DNA of 64,000 nt, taken from the IMG/VR virus record IMGVR_UViG_3300028888_000002. The stretch is one strand, 5' to 3'. The position numbers were made by a program, and so were the translations under genes. Positions within the stretch are counted from its first letter, which is position 1. Each line of letters starts with the position of its first letter. The notes beneath the pieces are model-generated. The model did not search any database, was not told where the DNA came from, and was given only the letters and a program-made list of their open reading frames with translations. Below are positions 19,708 through 29,614 of the stretch, piece by piece. The DNA is from a virus (lineage: Duplodnaviria > Caudoviricetes).

Positions 19708-20118
19708 CTAGGTGCTTTCCGTGTCTTTCAAAAAGTCGTCAATCCAACCCTTTTGAGCATTTTCCCACAGGGTCATAGCGAATTGAGAAGCCAGGTCGTT
19801 ATACAGAATGGATTTAACCATACAGGTCATAGCCCCTGGGGACATATTCCCGATGGCTCCCGCAGTAAGGGCACCCATCAGTTTTTGGGCGACATTTTCA
19901 GCCATAAAGTAGCCCACGATTACGGGAACCAGGTTCCCGTCTTCCCTGCGGGTTTCTACAAGTTCATTGAAGCAGTCGGACAGTTCGTGAGTCTTTTCTG
20001 CCAGGGACTTGATTACAGGTGTCAACGTGAGTTCTTTCAAAGTCTTGTCATTTAGCAAGGATTCTTTGAGTTGGTCGTAAGCTGCTTTCCAATTTTCTTT
20101 AAGTTCTTCGTCAATCAT
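19708..20118 (-). CDS. hypothetical protein
   Basis: Start MIDEEL overlapping upstream stop. Confidence 0.65.
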   Translation of the reverse strand: MIDEELKENWKAAYDQLKESLLNDKTLKELTLTPVIKSLAEKTHELSDCFNELVETRREDGNLVPVIVGYFMAENVAQKLMGALTAGAIGNMSPGAMTCMVKSILYNDLASQFAMTLWENAQKGWIDDFLKDTEST

Positions 20119-20873
20119 AGAGTAACCGCCTTTGGCTTGTCCTGCCAAAATTTGTCAATTATTCCCAACTTCGCATACCGCTTGATAGCCTGTTCCGCAG
20201 ACGTAATGTTGCTGTAATGCGTCGGCACGTCCAATAGAAGCTGTTGCAGCGTGTAGTCGGGGTGCTTCTGTGCTTCAAGTTTAAGTGCATCTATGGTTCG
20301 GGTGAACGTCGTAGAACGCTTACCAATCTTGCTCCCCGCAGGTGCCTGGTTCTCGCCTATACGCTCAAAGCAGGTCTTCCAATAATCCAGGTCCGCAGGG
20401 AACAGGTAAATCCCGCTGTTCGTCCCACCGTAAACGTCCTTTTCAAACGGGTCGTAGCCCCTGGCAAAACGGGCATACTGTCCGTCAACGACAATAAGCC
20501 CCAACCCCAATTCTTCCAGGATTACTTTCTTCGGGGAGTAATACCAATCTTTCAAGACACTAACGGGGACAGCGATATAGGAAGCCGTGGCTACGTTACG
20601 CCAACGGCTCGCCTGGGCGAACACCTTGTAATTCAGTTCCATCTTCGCTTCAATCGTGAAGACCCGCTCCCCATTCTCATAGACCAAATCGCAGGACACC
20701 CCCGAAATACCCACTTCTTCGTGAAGCGTGTAGTTCGGGAACAGGTTTGACTTCTTCAAGATTTCACAAAGTTCAACTTCGCTAAAAGTCTTTTTCAATT
20801 TACAACTCCGTTCATTATGCTTAAAGCTGCCAAACGCTTCCTTAAATTCGGCTATGGGCATCATCATTGACAT
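20115..20873 (-). CDS. PD-(D/E)XK nuclease-family protein
   Basis: HEEV..SCDLV...TIEAK...Q. Confidence 0.7.
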   Translation of the reverse strand: MSMMMPIAEFKEAFGSFKHNERSCKLKKTFSEVELCEILKKSNLFPNYTLHEEVGISGVSCDLVYENGERVFTIEAKMELNYKVFAQASRWRNVATASYIAVPVSVLKDWYYSPKKVILEELGLGLIVVDGQYARFARGYDPFEKDVYGGTNSGIYLFPADLDYWKTCFERIGENQAPAGSKIGKRSTTFTRTIDALKLEAQKHPDYTLQQLLLDVPTHYSNITSAEQAIKRYAKLGIIDKFWQDKPKAVTL

Positions 20874-21169
20874 TTGACAACCTTTGCTGTCTTGCCCGCC
20901 AACAGTGCGTCAAAGATAGGGAATACGTCGTTTGCACACAGACCGCCCAGGTGCTTCATTTGACTTTTCAAGCAGCGGATAATCGTGTCTTTACCCTCAT
21001 CGCAGACAAGGTAAATGTTCTTTGCGTAGTATTCCCCGTTCTTAACGCCCACTTCAAAAATGCGGGTGTTCATTTGGGTGCGTTCCAGGAAATCCACCAA
21101 CCGTGGGAATGAAAGCCCCTGGCACATTCCGCATTCATTCATACATTCCAAAAAGCCTTCAAAGTTCAT
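20864..21169 (-). CDS. hypothetical protein
   Basis: Coupled ORF, start MNFEGF. Confidence 0.55.
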   Translation of the reverse strand: MNFEGFLECMNECGMCQGLSFPRLVDFLERTQMNTRIFEVGVKNGEYYAKNIYLVCDEGKDTIIRCLKSQMKHLGGLCANDVFPIFDALLAGKTAKVVKCQ

Positions 21170-21509
21170 AGTTTTTACATTCCTTTTCCCATTCTTCTTC
21201 GCTGCGTTTAATCCACCCATAGAACTCTTTGTCCCACAGCACTTTCATAGCTAAACGCCAGGGGTGCGTAATGAACGACAAAGTTCTGTAAGCGATATAC
21301 ACCAGGCGGTCTTTCCAAAATTCGGGTTCCCACGACGACAAGGCGTATGTGGAAATATCCCAATCCGTCGGGTCCGACGTTCTGCAATACGGGCAGTAGA
21401 ACGGACCCTCTTCGTCGCCCAGGACAAATTCGCTAGAACCCGTCCACAGGCACTTTCGGCAACGGACGGGGTAGTAGCTTTTCCAATGGTGCTTTTGGAC
21501 TAGCTTCAT
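21159..21509 (-). CDS. zinc-finger hypothetical protein
   Basis: CRKC.W.G and CPYC. Confidence 0.6.
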   Translation of the reverse strand: MKLVQKHHWKSYYPVRCRKCLWTGSSEFVLGDEEGPFYCPYCRTSDPTDWDISTYALSSWEPEFWKDRLVYIAYRTLSFITHPWRLAMKVLWDKEFYGWIKRSEEEWEKECKNYEL

Positions 21510-21787
21510 TTCTTGCCCTTGAATTTCTTCGTCTTTGATTCGGTCGGGGCAGCGACGGGAACAGCTTGAAATTCCTTACGCATAAATTCCGTCACACGGG
21601 CGTAAGCCTTGTCGTTGCTTTCCTGCGAGAAGCCCCGATATTCGGTTCGGGCGGGATAGACCGTGGTCGTGCCGTCGTCTTCTTCACAGAGGACGATAGC
21701 CCAACCAAAAATATGCAAAAATGAGTTCACGAAATGGAACAAGCCCGTTTCACGAAATTCCGACCAACTTTTCTTTTCGTAAGCCAT
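21506..21787 (-). CDS. conserved phage hypothetical protein
   Basis: WSEFRETGL..VN..LH.FGWAI...YPART..RGF pattern. Confidence 0.7.
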   Translation of the reverse strand: MAYEKKSWSEFRETGLFHFVNSFLHIFGWAIVLCEEDDGTTTVYPARTEYRGFSQESNDKAYARVTEFMRKEFQAVPVAAPTESKTKKFKGKK

Positions 21788-22350
21788 TACTTACCTTCCT
21801 TTTGTTCAACATACTGTTTAAGTGCTGCCAGGGCTGCACCGTCACCGTTGTCACGGTCATACAGGCGGGGGTCAAACGATTCTGCGTCCAGGGGCAACTT
21901 CACCTTGATTACACGACCCTTGACGTAATCGGCATAGTCGTAGCCGTCAAGCAGTTCGTGTGCTTCTTCCAGGGCGAGCGGTCCTGGCGTGTAATGCAGC
22001 AACCCCATTCCAAGCGGGTGTGAGCAGTTGTAGAGGGCACACAGGACCTCGTAGCGGTCAAGCCCCATATCCTTAAAGTTAATAAGTCCCATAGCGGTTT
22101 CCTTGCGTTTCTGTTGTTCTTTCATACGATATTCAAAGGGGTAGATAGCCTTGCAGACGACCTCGTTTTCAAAGTTCTTCTGCCAATAGCGTTCCTTGAA
22201 AAACCATTTCTTGCGGACGGCACAGCGGGCAGCGGAGCAATACATAGCTTCGTGGGATAGCCACAGGTTGTCTTTCAAGCGGTCGTTGCACCACTTGACG
22301 AAATCCTTGTAGGAAATATGCAGGTTGCTGTCAAGCACGGATTTATACAT
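21787..22350 (-). CDS. two-domain hypothetical protein (internal start at 22092)
   Basis: GGAGG RBS before MYKSVL; second AAGGA RBS before MGLINF...LYN.S.PLGMG..DYVKGRVIKV..LYDRDNG. Confidence 0.65.
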   Translation of the reverse strand: MYKSVLDSNLHISYKDFVKWCNDRLKDNLWLSHEAMYCSAARCAVRKKWFFKERYWQKNFENEVVCKAIYPFEYRMKEQQKRKETAMGLINFKDMGLDRYEVLCALYNCSHPLGMGLLHYTPGPLALEEAHELLDGYDYADYVKGRVIKVKLPLDAESFDPRLYDRDNGDGAALAALKQYVEQKEGK

Positions 22351-23017
22351 TCTTGTCCTCCACGTTAATAGGCGGTAATTCCATAGACTTTTCGTCCATA
22401 AGGCACTTGACCCCGTAATCCCCAAGACGGAGTTCGGCATAGGCGTTCACTTCGGCTTTAGCCCTGGCTACGATTTTAGCCATATCCTCACGGAACCTGT
22501 CGTGGGCATACCGAATGCTTGCAGGGGAATTTTCACGGAAGCACCGCATACTATGGAGCAATTCTTTCATTTGCGTTTTACCCATAGGCTTGCCCGATTC
22601 AAGTGCCTGCTCAATTTCAGCTTCAAACCGCTTAATTCCGTCACGGAAATCGTTGAATTTCTCGTCAATGTGCTGCCCATATTCGTAGGCGAGGTTTTCC
22701 ATTTCAACGGGGGACGTGGGTTTACCGTGAATGCGGGTGATGGTGCAGGGCACTCCACTATCTACGTGACCCGCAGTGAGAAATTCTGCCCATTGGATAG
22801 GGGTCATTTCCACTTCAACAATAGCAGGGTTCTTTCCGTGGACGTGTCTATCGGTCGGGGTGCCACCCCAATTTGTCACAGATGCTTGACTGATACGAAT
22901 ATACACGGGGGAGTCGGTCTTGATTTCGGAGCCGAACATCGGCATCGGGGCACCGCATTGAAGTCGCCCCCAGGTAATCACGCCCATATAGTCTTTTTCA
23001 TAGGTCTTGTCGTTCAT
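22343..23017 (-). CDS. hypothetical protein
   Basis: 224 aa; VEVEMT..QWAEFLT...GVPCTI conserved-looking core; ACCGAGG RBS. Confidence 0.75.
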   Translation of the reverse strand: MNDKTYEKDYMGVITWGRLQCGAPMPMFGSEIKTDSPVYIRISQASVTNWGGTPTDRHVHGKNPAIVEVEMTPIQWAEFLTAGHVDSGVPCTITRIHGKPTSPVEMENLAYEYGQHIDEKFNDFRDGIKRFEAEIEQALESGKPMGKTQMKELLHSMRCFRENSPASIRYAHDRFREDMAKIVARAKAEVNAYAELRLGDYGVKCLMDEKSMELPPINVEDKNV

Positions 23018-23031
23018 AGGTGTTCCTCGGT

Positions 23032-23319
23032 TTAGCGTTCAAACATTTTATTCCAGGCAGGGTGCATTTCATACTTCGCCTTGAACTGCGATTTGGTAAG
23101 GTTCGGAACATTCAACCAATAGGTGCAGTTCCGTTCGTGCAAATACTTCGGAATGAAATCATATCCCCCGCTAGGGGAAATGGTCTTCACGTCAAAAAAC
23201 TTCGTCTTATTGTGACGAACAGCAAGGAAGGGTTCCCCCAAATCGGTGAGAACCACAATTTCCTTATGGGCGGGAGCCGTTTCAATCGGCTCCCAAACTT
23301 TCTTACGGGATTTAGACAT
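23032..23319 (-). CDS. hypothetical protein (WxPIETAP family)
   Basis: WEPIETAP..TYW pattern. Confidence 0.65.
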   Translation of the reverse strand: MSKSRKKVWEPIETAPAHKEIVVLTDLGEPFLAVRHNKTKFFDVKTISPSGGYDFIPKYLHERNCTYWLNVPNLTKSQFKAKYEMHPAWNKMFER

Positions 23320-23584
23320 TAGTCACCCCCATTTGCTTATACAGAACTGCGTAAATCGTCCCTTCAACCGCAGAGTGTTCGCCCAAGATACGTGTAGCGA
23401 CACACTTCTTACCCGACGTAGTTTCGTAAACAGAAACGTAGTAGAGGCAAGTAATACCTGCTTTACCCTTTTTGGTAGTGAACGACCTGCCGTCAATCGT
23501 GAACTCAAAAATTCCGTTGGCATCGTCGCATTTCGTCATAACGATATTCTTGTAGAACCAATCGTTAAATTCGTTCCTATTCAT
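23312..23584 (-). CDS. hypothetical early protein
   Basis: First gene after operator promoter; leader GACAACCACTTCAACCGAGGATAGC. Confidence 0.7.
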   Translation of the reverse strand: MNRNEFNDWFYKNIVMTKCDDANGIFEFTIDGRSFTTKKGKAGITCLYYVSVYETTSGKKCVATRILGEHSAVEGTIYAVLYKQMGVTNV

Positions 23585-23628
23585 TTTGCTATCCTCGGTT
23601 GAAGTGGTTGTCTTCTCTTTACGTCTAT

Positions 23629-23670
23629 AATATAACAAATTACCTGCTCTTTGTAAACAGGTAATTTAAA
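23629..23670 (-). promoter_or_regulatory. sigma70-type promoter with inverted-repeat operator
   Basis: TTTACA-N17-TATATT; AAATTACCTG..CAGGTAATTT. Confidence 0.75.
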
Positions 23671-23681
23671 ATTTTTTAAAA

Positions 23682-24914
23682 TTATTTACGCAGGGCTGCG
23701 TATTCGTCGGGATAGGCTTTCTGTATCGCTTCTTCGGTAATCGTGTAGGTCTTAATCCCGTCGGCAGCATATACCTCGTTCAAGCGGGTCGCTGCGTCGG
23801 GATAAAGTTTCATAAGCACGTCTAGCTTCGTGTTGGGGTCTTCGCCATAGAGAGTAGCCAACCGCATAACGCCACACTTCATTTGCAGGTCGTAAAGTTC
23901 TGCACGGGTGAGTTTCTTCGGCTTCTGTTCTTTGGGGACGACCACGGCAGTTTCGTCGTGGGAGCCATCAGCAGCAGCGTCAAGGTGGACGCTTGACACC
24001 TGTTCAGCGGTAATAACGGGCTTACCCGTTTCTTCCACGACCTGCTTTGCTTCTTCCACGTTCTCAACCACGGGAAGTTCCTGGGGTTCTGCGGGCTTCA
24101 CTTCAAGCACGGTATCGTGGTCTTCAAGGAACCTCACGGATTCGGAAGCGTCCACGGTTTCGGGTTCTGCGGGCTTCGCCTTAATTTGCAGGTCAATATG
24201 GTCCACGGCATTGGTGGCAACCGCTTGAACGTCCACAGTAAGCGTCCCGTCTTCGGACAGGTCCTTGATTTCCTTGCTGACAACCTGCATTTCGGGGTGA
24301 ACCAGGGTGGTTACGGTTTCTGCTGTTTCCAGGACGCTTTCCTTGACATCTTCGGGAATGTCTGCGACGCTTACGGGTTCCTTTGGCGGGTAGTTCTCAT
24401 AAGACGGTGCCAGGGCTTCCAGGCATTCGGCTTCGTTCTTGATTAGCCCGCTAGGTATCGGGTCAAGAACACCCAGGGTTTCGTCCACAATCGGGGCTTC
24501 GGGTTCTTCCTGCGGTTCGGCTATCGGCTGTGCAATCGGTGGACCTGGGGGGATAGAGGTCTGCACACAGTCGGGACCCGCCAACAGGCAATCGCAGGTG
24601 TCCTGTTCCTTTTGTGACGGCTCCACCGTTTCTGCCTGCTTTTCGCAAACTTCGTCGGAGCCGAGGACATTGTTCAAGGCTTCCATAAGTTCTTCAAACG
24701 TAGTGCCCGTGAACGGCTTGTAAAGCACCATAATGTTGGTGAGTTCCAACATACCGTTATCGGCTTTCTTTTCGTCGTAGCAAAGCCCAAAGACAGGGTA
24801 TTCCCTGTGTTTAATCTTGCTGCCGTCTTCGGCAACCGTGCCCTTAACGTCAGCCTTGTAGTTGGCACGGGCAAAGTAGCGAAGGTCTTTGGATTGTTTC
24901 TTCGTAATGAGCAT
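23682..24914 (-). CDS. acidic, Pro/Glu-rich hypothetical protein
   Basis: Long ORF with disordered middle, KPAEP repeated. Confidence 0.7.
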   Translation of the reverse strand: MLITKKQSKDLRYFARANYKADVKGTVAEDGSKIKHREYPVFGLCYDEKKADNGMLELTNIMVLYKPFTGTTFEELMEALNNVLGSDEVCEKQAETVEPSQKEQDTCDCLLAGPDCVQTSIPPGPPIAQPIAEPQEEPEAPIVDETLGVLDPIPSGLIKNEAECLEALAPSYENYPPKEPVSVADIPEDVKESVLETAETVTTLVHPEMQVVSKEIKDLSEDGTLTVDVQAVATNAVDHIDLQIKAKPAEPETVDASESVRFLEDHDTVLEVKPAEPQELPVVENVEEAKQVVEETGKPVITAEQVSSVHLDAAADGSHDETAVVVPKEQKPKKLTRAELYDLQMKCGVMRLATLYGEDPNTKLDVLMKLYPDAATRLNEVYAADGIKTYTITEEAIQKAYPDEYAALRK

Positions 24915-24918
24915 AGTC

Positions 24919-25767
24919 TTAAACTCCAATGTTGCCGTAAATGTAGAACGGACCCGTGAGTGCTTTCAAGCGGGCGTTCGCTTTTTCATAGTAGGTCTTG
25001 TCCGTTTCAAAACCTATAAACTTTCGCTTTTCCATAACCGCTGCGATAGCGGTTGTCCCGCTACCCATACAGTTGTCCAGGATTACTTCGCCTGGATTAG
25101 TGAACGTCCGTATAAGGTATCGGAGCAGTTCAACGGGCTTCTGCGTCGGGTGCAGGACCGTGGATTCGTGTTCACGCTGAATAGCGATAATGCTTCGGGG
25201 CAGCTTCTTACCGACGGGCACGGTCGCTTCAACACGCTTAACGCTATCGTATGTCCTGCCCTCGTAATCACGCCCGAAGTCCTTTTTGGGCGGGTCGCTC
25301 AAATTCAAATGTGCCCCGTAGCAGTTGTTGGTCTGCTTATGAGGACCGCTTCCACGGGAGTGGTTAATCGGACCGTCTTCATACTGCGGGTTGTAGGTCG
25401 GCAGGGACTTGTAGAACACGGCAATGTCTTCGTGGCAACGCATAGGCATTCGGTTGGCATTGAGAAAGCCCGTCACCCTGCACTTGTCCCATACCAGGTT
25501 GTAACGCCACAGCTTTTCGTTTGAGAGCATAAGTTTGGCGGTAAACATTCCCTGGCAAAACAACAGGATAGCCCCATTATCCTTGATTACACGTTCATAC
25601 TGTGCCCACAGCGGTTTAAAAGGAATAATCCTATCCCATTGGGCGTTCGGGTTATTCTTATGCAGGACTTCATAGGGCAAGTCACAAATAATAGCGTCAA
25701 TGCTGCCGTCGGGGATTTCTTTCATACCCTCAAGGCAGTCCATATTGTAAATTCGGTTTAGGTCCAT
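24919..25767 (-). CDS. DNA N6-adenine/N4-cytosine methyltransferase (beta class)
   Basis: MDCLEGM, DLPY motif IV, HPTQKP, LDNCMGSGTT motif I. Confidence 0.93.
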   Translation of the reverse strand: MDLNRIYNMDCLEGMKEIPDGSIDAIICDLPYEVLHKNNPNAQWDRIIPFKPLWAQYERVIKDNGAILLFCQGMFTAKLMLSNEKLWRYNLVWDKCRVTGFLNANRMPMRCHEDIAVFYKSLPTYNPQYEDGPINHSRGSGPHKQTNNCYGAHLNLSDPPKKDFGRDYEGRTYDSVKRVEATVPVGKKLPRSIIAIQREHESTVLHPTQKPVELLRYLIRTFTNPGEVILDNCMGSGTTAIAAVMEKRKFIGFETDKTYYEKANARLKALTGPFYIYGNIGV

Positions 25768-25791
25768 ATTACAAATATAGCAGTTTAGCGG

Positions 25792-26004
25792 TTAATCGTG
25801 ATACGGGACAGCGAACCACCACTTTACGGGAACTTGCAGGCAACGCCCGATATGCGGGGAAAAGACACTGAATCGCTGCGAGAAAAAATCATAGTAGCCC
25901 GTGCAGGGTTCGGAGCAGCCCTCAATGATTACCAGGTAAGACAGGGGCTTCGGGTCCATACTGCTAGGGCGAACGTCCTTAAACTTGTGCCAGGTTCCGA
26001 ACAT
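25792..26004 (-). CDS. hypothetical protein
   Basis: 70 aa ORF in operon. Confidence 0.55.
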   Translation of the reverse strand: MFGTWHKFKDVRPSSMDPKPLSYLVIIEGCSEPCTGYYDFFSQRFSVFSPHIGRCLQVPVKWWFAVPYHD

Positions 26005-26007
26005 AGG

Positions 26008-26442
26008 CTAATCCTTGTTTACGACCACCACGGGGGTCGCACTAATGAACGACGGGTTACGCCCGTAGCTATACTGCATAAGCAAATTCTTACGGTATTT
26101 GTTGACTTTCAAATAGACGTTCAACCAAATATGAAACCATTCAATAGGCGTGTGACGCACGGACATAGTTTTGTCCGTATCGGGGATAGGCATAGCCCCC
26201 ACGGTAAGAGGTCGCCCCGCCATATTCGGGTTGTTGCTGTATGACTGCGTGAGAGCCATCATAGCGTTGGCATAACGTTCACGCAATTCATACATAGCCA
26301 TTTTGTGCTTGAAGTCGGATTCGGCTTTGCACCGTTCAAAGCGGTCCACCTGGTCTTTAAGGACCGATGCCTGGTCTAGCAGCTTCCCTGCAAGTTCCAG
26401 GTGCGTGTCCAGGACTTGAATAAATTCTTTCGGTATAGGCAT
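26008..26442 (-). CDS. hypothetical protein
   Basis: 144 aa ORF with coiled coil. Confidence 0.65.
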   Translation of the reverse strand: MPIPKEFIQVLDTHLELAGKLLDQASVLKDQVDRFERCKAESDFKHKMAMYELRERYANAMMALTQSYSNNPNMAGRPLTVGAMPIPDTDKTMSVRHTPIEWFHIWLNVYLKVNKYRKNLLMQYSYGRNPSFISATPVVVVNKD

Positions 26443-26453
26443 AGTTACCCCAT

Positions 26454-26651
26454 TTAAGCGTCTTCTTCATTGATAATCGTAATGGATTCAATACGTTCAA
26501 CGTCACGCTGTTGGAAAATCTTTTCAAAGAGTTTAGCCCTGTTTTCAGCCATACATTCCACCGTGTAGGCTTCACGCTTCACGCTTGCAGGGCGGTTCTG
26601 CGTGGCTGCTAACTTGTGGCAATCAATGAGGACATAAGTATAGTATTTCAT
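26454..26651 (-). CDS. hypothetical protein
   Basis: GGAG RBS, 65 aa. Confidence 0.55.
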   Translation of the reverse strand: MKYYTYVLIDCHKLAATQNRPASVKREAYTVECMAENRAKLFEKIFQQRDVERIESITIINEEDA

Positions 26652-26663
26652 AGCTGCTCCCTG

Positions 26664-27299
26664 TTATTTGATTAAAAGCACGTTATAAGCGTCCAAGCCC
26701 GAAGTAGTTTGATACGGGACACGCATACGGAAATCCCCACGAATCCCGCTAGTGTAGTCGTCGTCGGGGTTAAATTGAATAAGGCAGTAACCCCCGTCGC
26801 ACGGGTCCACGGTCCCCGTCAAGAACCGCATATCCCGCCCGTAGTTTTTGTTTATGCCCCACGCACTGTCTTCAACAAAGCAGTATTCGTGGTAGCCCCC
26901 TACACGGTCCAGGAACGCTTTGGTGTTCTGTAAATAACTGTCACGGATATTGTCGGTAGGGTTGGAATTAGCCTTACCCTGCGTGGCACCCATATAGCGG
27001 GCAGCGTCAATGAAATCGTCAATGGTCGGCAAACGCCAACCGTTCGGCAGTTCACTCAAAATGCGTTTAATAGCCGTGGTCGTGTAGTAGTAAACCCTGT
27101 CGGCAAAGTCCACGGCATAAACGCCCCGACCAAAGTCGTCAATGCTCAAACGTTTTGCAGTCCAGGTCTTGCCGTTAATCGCCACGGTTTCGGGGTTGAA
27201 ATCCTTTACAGGCGTGACGGGGTGACTATAAAGGGTATTGGCATACCCGATAAAGTCGGACATACCCATATTACTTACGAGGTTACAGTCTAATGCCAT
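26664..27299 (-). CDS. FISUMP (Fibrobacter succinogenes major paralogous) domain-like protein
   Basis: TVAINGKTWTAKRL..YYYT..A...LPNGWRLPTIDDF..VLLIK resembles TV.IG.Q.WMAENL..LY.W..CP.GW.LP. Confidence 0.7.
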   Translation of the reverse strand: MALDCNLVSNMGMSDFIGYANTLYSHPVTPVKDFNPETVAINGKTWTAKRLSIDDFGRGVYAVDFADRVYYYTTTAIKRILSELPNGWRLPTIDDFIDAARYMGATQGKANSNPTDNIRDSYLQNTKAFLDRVGGYHEYCFVEDSAWGINKNYGRDMRFLTGTVDPCDGGYCLIQFNPDDDYTSGIRGDFRMRVPYQTTSGLDAYNVLLIK

Positions 27300-27310
27300 A
27301 GAGCCACCGC

Positions 27311-27622
27311 CTAGTCAAAGAAACCAACTTCTGCCATAGCGTCCGTGACCAACTTCACCTGGTAGGCGTAGTTGTAGCCGTCCAGGTTCACGGTCTTGTG
27401 ACGGTTGCCCTGGGCGATATGGACCAGGAGGCACGGGCTTTTCGTGAAGTAGAAGTTCCAATGGTCAATAGCACCGTTCGGACGCTGTTCAACCCAATGT
27501 TCGGGCTTCCAACCCATAGTGTGCATAAGGTCTGCGACGAACACGACAATGGGCAGGTTCGGGTCCAGGAAGTTTTGGGTGATGCCGTTGGCGATTTCTG
27601 CGATTTCCTTGTTCATAGTCAT
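27311..27622 (-). CDS. hypothetical protein
   Basis: ACCGAGGATAGC RBS. Confidence 0.65.
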   Translation of the reverse strand: MTMNKEIAEIANGITQNFLDPNLPIVVFVADLMHTMGWKPEHWVEQRPNGAIDHWNFYFTKSPCLLVHIAQGNRHKTVNLDGYNYAYQVKLVTDAMAEVGFFD

Positions 27623-27636
27623 TGTGCTATCCTCGG

Positions 27637-27960
27637 TTAGATATGGTTTTCCTTGACGAAAGTGCTGCTAGAGTAAATGGACGAAGCGATTGTGTTCACT
27701 GCGGTCAAGAGCGTGTCCTTGTCGTCAAGCTGTGCAGGAACCTTGAAATCCAGGATAGCCGTTCCGTTGACGGGACAATCGCTCAAATCCACGGGAACAC
27801 CGTTAGCCCTAAAGGAATGTGCAGTGAAACTCCAAACGCCTGCAAAAATGTCATAGCTTGCGTCAATGTAGAAAGCTGCGTTACGCTTCGTCGCCTTTGC
27901 GAACCACTGCTTGACCTGCTTTCCGTTACGGGTATATTTGAGAATTGTTTCTACTGCCAT
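27637..27960 (-). CDS. hypothetical early protein
   Basis: First gene after operator promoter, start MAVETI. Confidence 0.7.
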   Translation of the reverse strand: MAVETILKYTRNGKQVKQWFAKATKRNAAFYIDASYDIFAGVWSFTAHSFRANGVPVDLSDCPVNGTAILDFKVPAQLDDKDTLLTAVNTIASSIYSSSTFVKENHI

Positions 27961-27997
27961 TGGGCTATCCTCGGTTATTGGTTGTCTTTCTGCGTAT

Positions 27998-28042
27998 AAT
28001 ATAACAAAATACCTGCCGTTCGTCAACAGGTATTGTTAAAAT
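27998..28042 (-). promoter_or_regulatory. sigma70-type promoter with inverted-repeat operator
   Basis: TTGACG-N17-TATATT; AATACCTG..CAGGTATT. Confidence 0.8.
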
Positions 28043-28059
28043 AATATGTTATATTTTTA

Positions 28060-29385
28060 TTACATACAGCAAATGTCTTGCCGTGTGAGCGGGCGACCGC
28101 AGACGGGGCAGGCTACGCCCTCAAGGTCGCTGTATGCGTCGTCCAGGTAGTCGTTGCAATCCGAAATATCCTCTACGGCACCCCTGTAATTATGGATTGA
28201 GCGGGATAGTGCCGAAAGTTCCCTGTCGGACCACTTGCACGGCTTCGGGGCTTTCAGCTTCGCAATTTTCCCCAGGGCGGTATCGGCAACGTCCAGGGTT
28301 TCAGTGACTTCTTCGTAGTTACGGATAGACTGCACTAGCGGACGCAGGCGACCTTCCCATTTGCACGGCTTCGGTTCCTGCAAGTCTTCCAGGGCGTTCA
28401 AAGCGGACCTGCACCGACGATAGCGGGTCACGACGGAGCCATACTGCGTGATAGAATCCGAAAGGGCTACAAGTTCCTTTTCCGTATGCTTCGGGGGCTT
28501 CGGGAACACCAGGGCACCCAACTTTTCAAGGGCGGGCGTTACACGGGCGAGAACACGGCAGGTCCCGACGTAGTTGTTGCAGACTTCAAGTTCCTTTTCC
28601 AATCCCTTGATTACTGCGGACTTGTCCCCGTTCTCAAGCCATTCGGGGATTTCGGGGTAGTTCTTGATAGCCTTGTAATCGTCAATCGTGCGTTTGAGTG
28701 CTTCCAACTTGCGGGTGAGTTCGTCAATCTTCGGCTGCGTAGCCTTTGCCTTTTCGTAAAGGTCTTCGGCTTTTTCCACCCAACTGAATGACCCCACGGA
28801 CTTTTCAAGACCCTCAACCGTTTCCTGTGCGGTGTTCACCAGGTCCGACGTGTCGGAAACCTTACGCTTTGCAAGCGTAAGAATATCGTCAACGCATTCA
28901 AGCCCCGCAAGTTCGTTCAAGTATTTGGACGCTTCGCCTGGTGTAGCTGCGAGCAGGAACGGTGCGTCAAACTGCTTCTGCACGGAAGCGTCTGCCAGGT
29001 TGAACAGCTTCGTGACGGCTTCGGGCACGTCGGTTCGGAGTGCTTCGTAAACCGTGTCGTCCACAATGTAGCCGTTAAAGGTGTTGGACCGCTTGCGTTC
29101 TACTACGTGACCGTCCACCACTATCGTCACGGACGTATATTCGTCGTCCTTGAACTTAATAGTGCTGCTTTCCTTTGTCGTCGGTTTCTTGCTAGGCTTC
29201 GTCTGCTTCTGTGCCCAATACGATACGAAGTCGTGCGGGGCTTCGTTGAAAAGGACCCAATAGAACGCACGTAGCACGGCTGTCTTGCCGTGGTTGGAAC
29301 CACCCTGCAAAACGGTGGAACGCCCCAGGTCCAATTCAAGGTCCTTGTGGCATTGGAAATTGTGCAATTTAATCTTTGTTATCAT
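28060..29385 (-). CDS. Rad50/SbcC-like ATPase, N-terminal half
   Basis: IKLHNFQCH, Walker A GGSNHGKT, Q-loop QKQFD, coiled coil, ends at zinc hook CPVCG; no signature or Walker B. Confidence 0.85.
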   Translation of the reverse strand: MITKIKLHNFQCHKDLELDLGRSTVLQGGSNHGKTAVLRAFYWVLFNEAPHDFVSYWAQKQTKPSKKPTTKESSTIKFKDDEYTSVTIVVDGHVVERKRSNTFNGYIVDDTVYEALRTDVPEAVTKLFNLADASVQKQFDAPFLLAATPGEASKYLNELAGLECVDDILTLAKRKVSDTSDLVNTAQETVEGLEKSVGSFSWVEKAEDLYEKAKATQPKIDELTRKLEALKRTIDDYKAIKNYPEIPEWLENGDKSAVIKGLEKELEVCNNYVGTCRVLARVTPALEKLGALVFPKPPKHTEKELVALSDSITQYGSVVTRYRRCRSALNALEDLQEPKPCKWEGRLRPLVQSIRNYEEVTETLDVADTALGKIAKLKAPKPCKWSDRELSALSRSIHNYRGAVEDISDCNDYLDDAYSDLEGVACPVCGRPLTRQDICCM

Positions 29386-29410
29386 AATAGTATATAGTCG
29401 TGTAGCGTTA

Positions 29411-29614
29411 TTATTGCTGCGAACCCAACTGCATAAATTCGTGAAGTTTGCGTTGGCAGTCTTCGCACAGGTTATAGTTCACGTATGAATGTGCGTATTC
29501 TTCGTGGCAGTTGGACCAATCCGTATTCGCCACGACCTTTACAGAACCGCCCATATCCAGGGTGTTGTTGTATCGGGCGGGCTTGCTGTGACAGCGGGAG
29601 CATTCACCGTTCAT
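29411..29614 (-). CDS. small zinc-finger protein
   Basis: CSRC..LCEDC. Confidence 0.6.
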   Translation of the reverse strand: MNGECSRCHSKPARYNNTLDMGGSVKVVANTDWSNCHEEYAHSYVNYNLCEDCQRKLHEFMQLGSQQ

